Positions 1-13,200 of a stretch of 64,000 nucleotides of DNA are shown one piece after another. The notes beneath the pieces were generated by a model. That model made no database searches and was not told where the DNA came from. It worked only from the letters and a program-made list of their open reading frames with translations. Source of the stretch: Octopus sinensis (Eukaryota); assembly GCF_006345805.1 (NCBI RefSeq), contig NC_042999.1, positions 54,932,001 through 54,996,000 of the forward strand. Direction: 5' to 3'. Each line of letters begins with the position of its first letter. Positions within the stretch are counted from its first letter, which is position 1. The position numbers and the translations under genes were made by a program.

Positions 1-734
1 ACTCTTTTCTTACCATTTTTCTGTTGAGATGTTCTGTGTTTCTTTCAATTAATTTTAAATATAACAAAGAATTTAGTAAAATAACTTGGTTATCATTAAG
101 CTTATGTTAGGAACATAAATTGTGACTAAGGTTTTGTGGGAGATTTTAATTCAAAACTTAATGGAAACAAGACATTTGTACTCATGAGCCAGAGACGGTT
201 TCAGCCATGTTGGTATCAAAAGGGTTAAGAATTGTTTCTCTATTATATATTTTAACCCTTTTCTTACCATATTTCTGTTGAGATGGTCTGTGTTTCTTTC
301 AGTTAATTTTAAATATATCAAAGAATTTAGTAAAATAACTTTGTTATCATTCAACCAGTGTTAGGAAAATAAATTGTGACTAAGGTTTGGTGGGAGATTT
401 TAATTCAAAACTTATGGAAGCAAGACATTTATACTCATGAGCCAGAGCCGGTTTCAGCCGGGTTGGTATCAAAAGGGTTAAGAATTGTTTCTCTATTATA
501 TATTTTAACTCTTTTCTTAACATATTTCTGTTGAGATGTTCTGTGTTTCTTTCAGTTAATTTTAAATATATCAAAGAATTTAGTAAAATAACTTTGTTAT
601 CATTCAACTAGTGTTAGGAACATGAATTGTGACTAAGGTTTAGTGGAAGATTTTAATTCAAAACTTATGGAAACAAGACATTTGTACTCATGAGCCAGAG
701 CCGGTTTCAGCCGGGTTGATGACGAAAGGGTTAA
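1..734. mobile_element. Three tandem copies (253-bp period) of a piggyBac-type TTAA MITE
   Basis: Units of the form TTAA-CCCTTTT...AAAGGG-TTAA end at 228, 481 and 734, with the same ~23-bp spacer repeated between them. Confidence 0.7.
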
Positions 735-1966
735 AGAGACAGACGTCAGAATGACAAATAAACAAATACAGGGTGAACTTTTGGATTTATTGTCCCAATT
801 TGTTGATCGTGGCTGCGGATGCCCCTGTCACCATCATCGTTTTTACTGATTGCAATTCCATTTTTGCATGGCTCAGACAAAGCTTAATGAGGCAGAATTT
901 TCTATGGCTGGGTGCTCTTCCTGTCATCAACCATCACCTTTTTTCAAGCAAGGTAATATTTCCCCATGGCCAGAAAATGCTTTTACAGGAGGTAAGAAAC
1001 AAACGACACTGCTTGTATAACAGTGACCCTCATTTACAACTACCAAACAATGTCAAAACAAAGACACACACACACAATGGGCTTCTTTCAGTTTCCTAAC
1101 AATGTTAAGTGGAAATTTTTTCTCTTTTGACTTTGTAGTATATATATACATAATATAAATACTATATAAATATATGCATATATACATACATATATGTACA
1201 TACCTACATATATATGTATATATACATGCATATATTGGTACTGGACATCAAAAAAAAAACGTTAAACACAATGAGAAACGAAAACATAAAAACAAAAACA
1301 TAGAAAACGAACTTTTTTTTCGAACAACGAAAAGAAAACAAACAGGGAAACGAGATATGCAACATAAAAAATATTCCCCTTCTTCAGTTGTCCCTGTTTC
1401 ACACACACACACACACACACACACAAAAGTAATAGTTTAAATGAGGAAAGGAGAAGTAAAATTGACATTACAATTGTTTCCATAACTGGACATCTCATAG
1501 AATGTTATGTAATGCATATGGAAAGATGTAATAACATTCCTTTAGTCCATTCACTTCCTCAGATGTCATAACCTGAAGGTATAATCTTTCGATTTTGGAA
1601 TGCTGTGCTAGCCAGGGTCCTGCATGGTGTGCTTATGTGGTGATAGCCAAGATTATAAATATTCCCTCAGTCTATATTTATATATATTGATTATAAACAG
1701 ACCTATATGATAGATTGTCTATGTGTTTGAGGTATAGTTTAAAATATCAACATATACACTAACCATCCACTACATCCATTCAGTGAGAACTTTCTGGAAA
1801 AATACTTCCAAAGACAATTCTGGAAAATATCAAAACACTTTCTGAGACATATTTTCTCAAAACCCAAGAAAAAACAAAACCACCATCTGCTGTCTTTATT
1901 ATTTTAATTTAATATTATCATCGTTATTATTATTATTATTTTCGTTTATTTTTCTGATCAACCCAG

Positions 1967-2071
1967 TTAAAATCTCCAGAGGAGATACCCCAGTAACCCC
2001 TGAATCAACTGCTTCTACCCTCACACACTCAGACACACAGTCACATGAGAGAGTACCCACTAACCCTAAAG
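1967..2071 (+). CDS. MEGF6: MEGF6-like exon: Ser/Thr/Pro-rich linker preceding the EGF array
   Basis: acccAG|TT...AAAG|GTatgt; 105 nt, phase 1-1; open frame [35 protein letters not shown] joins to ECEIG of the next exon. Confidence 0.6.
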
Positions 2072-4290
2072 GTATGTAAACTGTTTTTCCAGTTCTCAGT
2101 AGTGTGGCCCCCTGGCTTCTGTAGATGTTACCAAATAACAAAAGAGCTGCGGGCCTCTCTGTTTCTACCCCAAGTGCAAAGGGTCATGAAGCAGATACAA
2201 TATAGGGCATCCTTGCTCTTACTTCTTGCACCTTATCTCTCTCTCTCTCTCACTTTCCTAATCTTTGTTTCCTCTTTCTTTTTCTCTCACTTTATCTCTT
2301 TACCTATTTTCAACACTCTGGTGGTTGGCTTCGTGTGCTGTGTGCTTTGGTAAACAGTTTTCAATAACAAACCTTCAAAAATTTGAAGAAAAATTACGAA
2401 ATTTTTTTTTTGTTTTGTTGATTTTTTTTCTTTTCTCTTCTTTTTATCTCTCTTCAACATTATCCCATCACAAATCAAACAAGCAAAAGATCCCCATCAC
2501 CTTCAAACAAAACCTGGACAAATTCCTTTAAAGAATACTCGAATGGACCATGATACCACAAAATGTGACCTAAAAATGACTTTATAGACCTTATCAAATG
2601 GTGTTATGAATGGCCTGAGCCAATCTTTCACCAGAACATATCCAAGTTATTACCAAAGATATCTTCAACCAAACAGTAAGCTACTGAAGGGTATATTGCT
2701 ATTACTAGACATCCAGGTAGTGGACACTGGTCAAGCTACCCAGATGGTGTGTTCAAGGTAGCTGGCATTGGTCAAACCACTACAAGCACAATATCTCAGT
2801 CAGGTTTTAACCATTGGTCAAACAGTTTTGTAAATTTTTTTTTTTTTTTTTTTCATGGAGACTGGAAAAAATGTTTTGGGTCCTTTGGCTAGAAAGCAAG
2901 AACATAGGCAAAAATGGTACCATTTTCTCGCTCTATTTTCTCACTTTCAGACAAAGGACAAGAGTGAAAAATGCTACATTCTTCACAACATGGCAAGTGA
3001 TCTTATCAAACTCTACTACAGACTCTCTTTTAGTTTTTTTATTAACATACCAACCAGTTTTCACTTGTAAAATGTAAGACATCTACATTTGTGGTACCGA
3101 CCAGTTTTCGTTCTTAATACTCGAAATAACCTGCTAAAATTTTAGCATCAGTATTTTCAGTGTACATTTGATCTCAACTTCTTGCTTCATTAATTAAGCT
3201 CATTCAATTAATCCTTTAGACTTCCCCTTCACTTTTTGCTACTCTGAACTTTACCTGTAGGTGGACATGACCATCAGGCCAGTCAAGTCTCAATTATAAC
3301 TTGCTTGGATTTCCTATGTGCCGATAAATGAAACTTAGAGTAGCAAGACTGACTTAACCAAAGTAAGACATACATACATGTGTGCGTACACATGCATGCA
3401 CGCTATAGGATGTTGCACAAACACTCAGTGTTGGGTGCACTGTTTTTATTAATCGAAACAGCTGTAAGCAAGAGAAAGTCAATTACATGATTTCTGTTCC
3501 CCTTGTTTAGTATACACACACACACACATATACATACATCTCTAATAATAGTTTGTCTCATCACCATATGACTTAAAGTTTCGTGGATGCATTGGGCATA
3601 TTTGTCTCATCAGAGTCTAGCATCTGATGAGATTATCCCATGAAACTTTCAGTTTATGTGGTGCTGTTATTAAAGATATATGTAACTCCTGCTCCTTTCT
3701 TTTGTTTCTTTGCTCACTTACTTCACATTAGGAAGGGCATCCAACCAAAAACAGACAGGAGAATTTGGTGTGGTCCTCTGGCTTGCCTATATAGAAAACA
3801 AACGTTAAATATACTTATTTCTTTATTGTCCACGAGGGGCTAAACATAGAGGGGACAAACAAGGACAGACATAGGTATTAAGTCGATTACATCGACCCCA
3901 ATGCATAACTGGTACTTAATTTACCGACCCCGAAAGGATGAAAGGCAAAGTCAACCTCGGAGGAATTTGAACTCACAACGTAACGGCAGACGAAATACCG
4001 CTAAGCATTTCGCCTGACATGCTAACGATTCTGCCAGCTCGCCGCCTTTAACGTTAAATATACTGTCATCCTTTAATTATCACGGGTGTTATGCTGCGAA
4101 AACTCCCACAGAAATAATTAAAATCTAAATAAATATAAATACCTATCGGCCACAGAAACCAGGATATACTCAAGAGTTCAGAAAATAAATTTACATATAT
4201 TAGCCAGGAAAATCCACAATGTATTGAGTGCACTGTAGGTGAACCACAATATGGCAAGGGATTATTGTATATTACACACACACACACACA

Positions 4291-4356
<66 letters not shown>

Positions 4357-4493
4357 GCACATATGAATGAATTTACATGCATAAAACTTGAAAATTTAAT
4401 GTATCTCTCTCTCTCTCTCACTCTCTCTCTCTCGCACTCTCTTTCTCTCTCTCTCTCGCACTCTCTCTCCTCTCTCTCTCCCTCTCTCTCCTC

Positions 4494-4592
<99 letters not shown>

Positions 4593-5482
4593 CACTTCAT
4601 GTTGTAACTGACACTTCTATGACCACAATCTCGCATATCATTGGATAATCTAACAATCTTTTTTCCCTTACTTCTCTACAATATTCGCTCACTTTTTCTA
4701 CAAAAAGTTTCCATTAACCGAAAGCTCGTTTCTGTCCCATCACAGAAATTGGTAGGAAACCGTAGACTTTTTCAAAGCTTGGAACTTATTTTACATTACA
4801 CACTAATCAACAATTTCCTTCATGTTATGTCACATGCATCTGTGTGTAAGAGTGTGTGTGTGTGCAAGTGCATGGATGTATGGCTGCCACTGGTGAGTTT
4901 ACTACTCCACGTAGAGTATCATCGTCCAGTCAGCTTCCTGTATGGTTAATTCTACACTTGGTAGTTTCATTAGTTATGACATAAAGAGCAAATGCAGGAA
5001 ACAATATGATAAACACACAACGCTGTTTTTTTATCATTTGTTCCCCGTGCGTCTTTTGCCGTTGTGGCTCATTGCATCATCTCCAGTGGATGTTCGTAAT
5101 GCAATAGATTGCAGATCTAAAAATTTGATCTGTGTCAACATAATATAAAAGAATGTATCTTTGAAGAAATGTTGTGGTTCTGCATTCAAATGCACTAAGA
5201 ACACCCACTGCTAGCCACAATGTTGAAACATGTGTAGGGGACAAAAGGTAGAAACTGCATATCTTAACTTTTTCCTTTGTTTGTTCTACTTATATCTACA
5301 CACACACACACACACATAGATATATATGTATGTAAAGTAATTCCAAAGTTGTCAGCTATATCTAATGTAAAACTCAATAAGTTGGGTAGAAAGAATGGAA
5401 TAGATAGGTAGATTTATTACATTAAAGATTTGATCACCTTCAAATAAGTATATGTATATGTGTGTATATATGTGTATATGTG

Positions 5483-5550
<68 letters not shown>

Positions 5551-6000
5551 AAGATAGAGGAGGTGTAGTATGGATGTAGAGAGACAGGAAATGCAAATTG
5601 TTGCATTAGTGGAAGAGGAATGTAAATAAGAAAGTCTCCACAGCATCATTGCAATCCAAACAGTGGGTGTTCTTGGTAAATCCTGCAGGAAACTGCAGTC
5701 CAATTCTGCTTGTATTTCGTAAAAATACCAAAAGATCTAAGGTCAAATGAATGGGGTCAGATAGCAGTGAATAAAGCCTTTGGCATTTAAGTTCTCTTAT
5801 AAACAACTCAGAACTGGTGCCGTTTACCATTTACTTTTAATACACCAAGATCAAGGTTTAATGTCAAAACTGGTTGCCCCTGGGGAAACAAATATATTTC
5901 ACTAAAATAACTTTTGAAAAGGTTTTGGAACACATATAACTATGTGTGTATATATGTGAGATGTATGTAATGTATTTATGTGTCTATGTGCTTATGTGTG

Positions 6001-6038
<38 letters not shown>

Positions 6039-7471
6039 ATATATATATATGTAAATATTCATTCACAATTTTGCGTATGTGCATGTATGTAGATATGTAG
6101 ATTTAGGTATGCACATATGTGTCTGTAGAATGTTGTCTCATCTAAAGCTTAGCATATGAATGTGTGTGTGTTGTGTGTATGTGTGTGATAGAAGCATACA
6201 TGGATGGCTATGGTAAGCGCAAACATCGCTGTGTGGTTAAGAAGTTTGCTTCCCAACCACGTGGTTTTGAATTCAATCCCACTGCATGGCACACCTTGGG
6301 CAAGTGTCTTCTACCTACCATAGAACATACATGACTGTTCGACATGCAAGTGAGTCTGTAAGAAGTCTGCACAAAATGCGAATGAGTCTGCATAGGAGTT
6401 TGCTTTCAATCCAATGAATGCTTGGTGCATGCAGCTTTGTGGCAGATTATCCATTCCATTGCTATTTCAAATTTGTTACATCTGTTTTTTTGGGGGGTTT
6501 CGTGTTTTTGCAACGACGTGTAGGGTTATGCTCAAATGAACAAATAGATGTAGAAAACTGTAGGTACAGGGCGAGACATTAGTTTCAAAAGAACACACAC
6601 ACACACAAACATAATTTCATACTGTTATCTATTTTTTCGATATTTACATGATATAGCACCTTTACATTTGATGTAAGTTGTTAAAAAACATTTCATTTCT
6701 AAAAATGAAGTCAGTAGTTTGTAAAATAATAATTTTCATAACAGCTTCTTTCTGGCAGTTATTCAATTGTATGCATGTGTGTGTGTGTGTGTGTGTGTGT
6801 GCACATACATCTGCATATGAATATATTTATACATGTATATGTGTGCATGTATGTACATAGGTACCATCATCATTTAATGACTGCATTCCGTACTGGCATT
6901 CCAGTTTGACTGGATCTGACAGGTTCAAGAACTGCATCATATTCCAATGTCTGCTGTGGAATAATATCTATGGTTCCATGCCATTCCTAATGCCAACCAC
7001 TTTATAGAGTGTAGGGGGCGCTTTTTTCTGTGACACCAGCACAAATGAGGTTGTCACACAGCTTGCTAGGTATGGATGTATATGTGTGTGTATACATACA
7101 TACATACATACATATATATATATATCTCGGGCAGTTGCCAGCCTCGCCTGGACCCTGTGCCGGTGGCACGTAAAAAGCACCATCTGATCGTGGCCGTTGC
7201 CAGCCTCGCCTGGCCCCCGTGCCGGTGGCACATAAAAAGCACCATTCGACCGTGGCCGTTTGCCAGCCCCATCTGGCACCCATGCCGGTGGCACGTAAAA
7301 AGCACCCACAACACTCACGGAGTGGTTGGCATTAGGAAGGACATCCAGGTGTAGAAACATTGCCAGATCAGACTGGGCCTGGTGCAGCCTTCTGGCTTCC
7401 CAGACCCCAGTTGAACCGTCCAACCCATGCTAGCATGGAAAGCAGACACTAAATGATGATGATGATGATGA

Positions 7472-7517
<46 letters not shown>

Positions 7518-10248
7518 TATGTATACATGAAGTATGTTATGAATGAGAGATCAATGAAAATTCTTTAAAACATTTTCCCCTCTCGGTATCTGCTGCTGTC
7601 ACATGCTATGCTCTGCTGCTGCTGTTGCACATTATTATTTCACCATCTCTTTGCACGTAAACTATTTAAGCCATTTTGTTCTCTCACCTGCCATTCATAT
7701 AGTGATGTGGATGTTAGCACTAATAATGCAGTGATGTCGGGGTCAAAATAATTTTAGATTTATAAATATTATACTTGTAAGGGTAAAGGTAATGTTAATT
7801 ATTAATTTTGAGAAAGACAGGGGAGACAACCCTGATAACAAAATTTATTAAAAATACAGAAAGGAGTTAAGTTTTTCATAGCTATGGCCATGATACTAGA
7901 CATGTTTCTGTCATGTTAGACCTCCTCAGCAATGTATATTTTCCCTAGTGCTGATGCCTGGTCTTAGATAAACATGTCTTATTTCACTGCATTATGTTAA
8001 TACCACTTCGCTATTTGTTTTTCATACAGCAAGCACCCCTTGGTACTTTCCTCATTGCCATGTGCACAACTTGCTATAATATTATCGACACATTCTGCAT
8101 CTTGTAGCATTAAAATTGTGTATAAAACCTTCCCTTGTGCATGTTTTGTTGTGCATATATATATATATATATATATATCATGATAATATTTTGTTGCTGT
8201 TGTTAGTATCGTTGCTGTATTGTTAAACTGTCGTATGTCCAAATTTGGCCGAATGCATTTTTTTTTCAATATTTATTTTTGCTTCCAATAGCCAGTTCCT
8301 TTGGTCAAACTATCATATCTCCAGCTGTTTCAGATGCCAAGATATTAAAATTTGTCAAAGTGTAGTACAACGGTTTTGCTATTGAATGGTGACTCTATTT
8401 TTTTATTTTACTGAAAAAGCAATGCTTTGGACTTACGACACTTTTGCAAAATAGCAACGATATGAAAATATTAATATTCTGTTTTGTTATCTAACATCAT
8501 AAATATTTTGTTGAATGTTTTATTTTGAGACCATAGCTTGTTGTCTTGGATAAACTGATGTGAGAGTTGTTGTTGCTATCTAACATTATAATAATGCTTG
8601 TTATTGTAGCATCTTTGATGTAATAATAATGTATTGTTATCACTTTGTAATGTTGCATGTTATAATGTACGACCAAATATGTTTTGTTGTTTATCTGTGT
8701 TGTTTGTCTCTGCCATGTTGTATATTATATATGTATATACCTCCTCATCATCACCACCGCATAACATCCATGTGCCATGCTGGCATGGGTTGGATGGTTT
8801 TACAGGATCCAATGGGTTCAAGGACTACTTTGGCAGGGTTTCTATGGCTGGGTGCCCTTCTTAACACCGACCGCTTTACAGAGTGTATCGGGTGCTTTTT
8901 TTTTTTTTTTTGGCACCAGCAAAGTATGGATCATGCAACTTGCAAGACTATGAACCCCCAAGGTTAATGCTAGGAGATGCAGAGTTAAAGTAGGAGAGAA
9001 GGGATCAGAGTAGAAGAGGTTTCTTGTTGTGGAGGGGTTACGTTGCTACTTGCATTTTAGGTGATCAGCATAGAGCAGGGAAGAGATAAAAATAGTGATG
9101 GTCGCACACCTGTGTAGAGCCCCAAGGTACAAGGTGAGTTGGAGTGGGTGGAGGAAGAAGAATTAAAAGTGTGGGTGGGTAGGGGTTGCAAGAGTATATG
9201 GGAGAGTAAGAGGTGGAGAGTGGGTGAAGGGATATGTATATGTAAGGTACCCAGGAGTGGCTATGTGATAAGAAGCTTGCTTCCCAATCACATAGTTCTG
9301 GGTTCATTCCCACTGTGTGGCATCTTGGGCAAGTGCCTTCTACTATAGCCCCAGGCTAACCAAAGCCTTGTGAGTGGATTTGGTAGATGGAAACTGAAAG
9401 AAGCCTGTCATGTATATATATATATGTGTGTGTGTGTATTTATTATTTGTGTCTGTGTTTGTCCCCACCACCATCACTTGACAACAGATGTTAGTATTCA
9501 CTTAGCGGTTCAGCATAAGAGACTGATGGAATAAGTACTAGGCTTACAAAGAATAAATCCTGGGGCTGATTTGTTCGACTAAAGGTAGTGCTCCAACATG
9601 GCCACAGTCAAATGATTGAAACAAGTAAATGAATATATACACGTACATACATACACACACATGTAGATATATACATACACACACAAACAGGGTGTCCCAA
9701 AAATGTATATACACACTAAATTAGTTTGAAGTTAGTCATCGTCGTAGTTTAACGCCCGCTTTCCATGCTGGCATGGTTTGGATGGCTTGACTGAGGACTG
9801 GTGAGCCAGAGGCCACACCAGGCTCCAATCTGTTCTGGCAAAGTTTCTACAGCTGGATACCCTTCCTAATGCCAACCACTCCGACAGTGTAGTACTTTTA
9901 TGTGCCACTGGCACGAAGGCTAGTCGGGCAGTACTGGCAACGACCATGCTCAAATAGTGCTTTTTACATGCCACCTGCACAGGAGCCAGTCTGGCAGCAC
10001 TGACAATGACCATGTTCAAATGGTGTTTTTCACATGCCACCAGTACAGGTGCCAGTAAGGCGACGCTGGTAGCGAATCATGCTCGAATGGTGTTTATTAA
10101 AATACATTTCCCTTTCAAGGTTTAATCGAATCTCCAAACAGGCTACAGTAGAAGACACTTGCCCAAGGTGCCATGCAGTAGGACTGAACCCATAACCATG
10201 TGTTTGGTAAGCAAGCTACTCCTTTACCTATATCCACACAGCCACTCC

Positions 10249-10297
<49 letters not shown>

Positions 10298-13200
10298 CAG
10301 GAAGGTTTACGAAAAGAAACAAAAGACGAAGGCAGGTGGAGTACAAACAAACAAATGTATTAGTATGGCGCTCATGAATAAAAATAGAACAAGTCTTTTA
10401 CGTTTCGAGCCTACGCTCTTCGCCAGAAAGATACACAGAAAAAAAAAACAGGGAGAGAAACAAGGAGAGAAAAAAATGTGTGTAGGAGCTAACGATCTAT
10501 ATATATATATATATATAAAGATGGTGTGTGTAAGGTGCCATGTCCCATTGTTACACAAAACTACTTTGAATGTCAGATGCACAAAGAGACTTGACATATG
10601 ATTTTGGGAAGGGTTTTTCATCTTTTTTTTTTATTGTATTTTGATCATTTTGTTGATCTTTTTTCACTTCATGTTAAATAATATGAAATGTCAGTGACTG
10701 TATCTCACAATACGCCACCATATCCTATGTTTATCGTCACTGGTAACCTTGCAGGGTCAAGCATAATATCCATTAAGACAGAAACACACAGACAGTGAGA
10801 GGATAGGGTAGCGACAGCTTCCAGGTGTTCGTTCACACAGAGTACTCTCCCCATCAATGACTGATGTGTGAAAGAGATAAGATCTTTTTGTATAATGTTT
10901 CTCTGACAGTCAGCAACGTTTTGGGTATAAAAACTACATTTTATAACTTTGAGCAGGTTTTAGAGAATGTCATTTTGATTAGTTCGCTCCGTTAATTTAA
11001 TCGATTAATTAAATTAATAAAAACCCACAATAGCAGCCTTCTTCAGAAGCAAAAATAGCTTCTTTTATCTTTTACTTGTTTCAATCACTGGACTGTGGCC
11101 ATACTGGAGCACTGCATTGTAGGGTTTACTCAAACTGTGCTTATTTTCATGTCTGGTACTTATCCTATCAGTCTCTTTTGCCAAACTTTAAAATTATGGG
11201 GATGTAAACAAATGACTACTGGTTGTCAAGTTGATTGGGGTGAGAACAAATCACACACACGACAGGCTTCTGTACAGTTTCCATCTACCAAATTCATGCA
11301 CAAGGTATTAGTTCGACCAAGGGCAAAAGTAAAAAAACATTTGCCCGAGGTACTAGATGGTGGGACCGAACCTGAAATCCCATGGTTGCCAACTGAGCTG
11401 CTTGACCACACAGCCAAGACTGTGTCTATAAAAACATCAGAAAAGATGGTGAACTGGCGGAATTGTTGCTGGATGCCGGACTAAACGCTTGGCAGCATTT
11501 CTTCAGGTTCCTTATCTTCTGAGTTCAAATGCTGCCTGGGTCAACATTGCCTTGCATCCCTTTCAGGGTCAATAAAATAAGTATCGCTGGCCTTGTGCTA
11601 ACATTTAAAACCAGTGTTGAAGATATTAGAAAGCCTAGCTGTGAGAGAAAAATAAGATTGTAAAGAATTTCCTTTTGTATGTTTGATGTACTCAAAAAAC
11701 CCAAGGAAGGAGTCTCGTTTTCTTTCCTAATCAGTGGTGTGGAATATTCTGCTGCAATATAAAACAGTCATAAATCAGACTATCATTGTAGTGGATAGCT
11801 TAATTTGCATATTTGTGCTTTTGGTGAATCATCATTAATTAATTAAACAATATGTATTTTTTTTTATCCACAACATAGGCGTAGGAGTGGCTGTGTGGTA
11901 AGTAGCTTGCTTACCAACCACATGGTTCCGGGTTCAGTCCCACTGCGTGGCACCTTGGGCAAGTGTCTTCAACTATAGCCTCGAGCCAACCAAAGCCTTG
12001 TGAGTGGATTTGGGAGATGGAAACTGAAAGAAGCCTGTCGTATATATGTATATGTGTGTGTATATGTTTGTGTGTCTGTGTTTGTCCCCCCCAACATCGC
12101 TTGACAACTGATGCTGGTGTGTTTACGGCCCTGTAACTTAGCGGTTCGGCAAAACAGACCAATAGAATAAGTACTAGGCTTACAAAGAATAAGTCCTGGG
12201 GTCGATTTCCTCGACTAAAGGCGGTGCTCCGGCATGGCCACAAGTAAAATGAGTAAAGAGTAACACAGTACAAATTAATAGGACTGAAATAAATTTAAAT
12301 ATTAACAAACCTTAACTGCAAAACAAATGGAAAAACACATGTAAATACATTCTACAAGAGGAGCCTGCTTTGCACCAACCTTTCTCTCATGCTCTAAACT
12401 CCCCCTTGTCTTCTGGCATAAAGTTGACACCCACCCTCTCCATGTCCTGACATTCTGTATTCTTATTTTTTTATTGCCCACAAGGGGCTAAACATAGAGG
12501 GGACTAACAAGGACAGACAAAGGGATTAAGTCGATTACATCGACCCCTGTGTGTAACTGGTACTTAATTTATCAACCCCAAAAGGATGAGAGGCAAAGTC
12601 GACCTCGGCAGAATTTGAACTCAGAACGTATCGGCAGACAAAGTACTGCTAGGCATTTCACCTGGCATGATAACGTTTCTGCCAGCTCACCGTCTTCTGT
12701 ATTCTGACATTCTGTATTCTTGTGAGCCTGCACGGCAACCTTAATAGTGCCAGTGACACATGTAAAACGCCCAGTACACACTGTCAAGTGGTTGGCATTA
12801 GGAAGGGCATCCAGCCATAGAAACCAGACCAAAGCTGACATTGGAGCACAATCGAGTCCTTGGATGCATCAGATCCAATCAAACCATCCAACCGATGCCA
12901 GCATGGAACATGGACATTAAACAACAATAATGGTGGTGATGATGATGATATAGAGAACTTGGGTAACCATCAACTACCTTGACATGAACAGTGATCTGCA
13001 GTATCAGAACTATTGAATGATGCTTTACAATTTATTAGAAATAAAAAAAGAATTATTGCTTTATTCTCTGTAAATTTCCTTCATTCTCATCAGTTCTTGC
13101 TTGGGTTTGTCATGAGCCCCAAGACCCACAAGGCTGGAGCTGAATCCCAGTTTTCATAGCGTATGAGGGATTGAGATCACAAAACTCCCTGGCCTTGAAT

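Noticed and set aside
2440-2560. LINE 3' remnant (FKQNLDKFL)
   Set aside because: Too short and degraded to classify.
4066-4636. Poly-CV, ER and SL ORFs (also 21555-22001, 43859-44834, 54944-55246)
   Set aside because: Dinucleotide repeat artefacts.
13060-13095. Other CTGATGA hits (13087, 31262, 50576, 56621)
   Set aside because: No stem II plus GAAA plus UH plus stem I arrangement.
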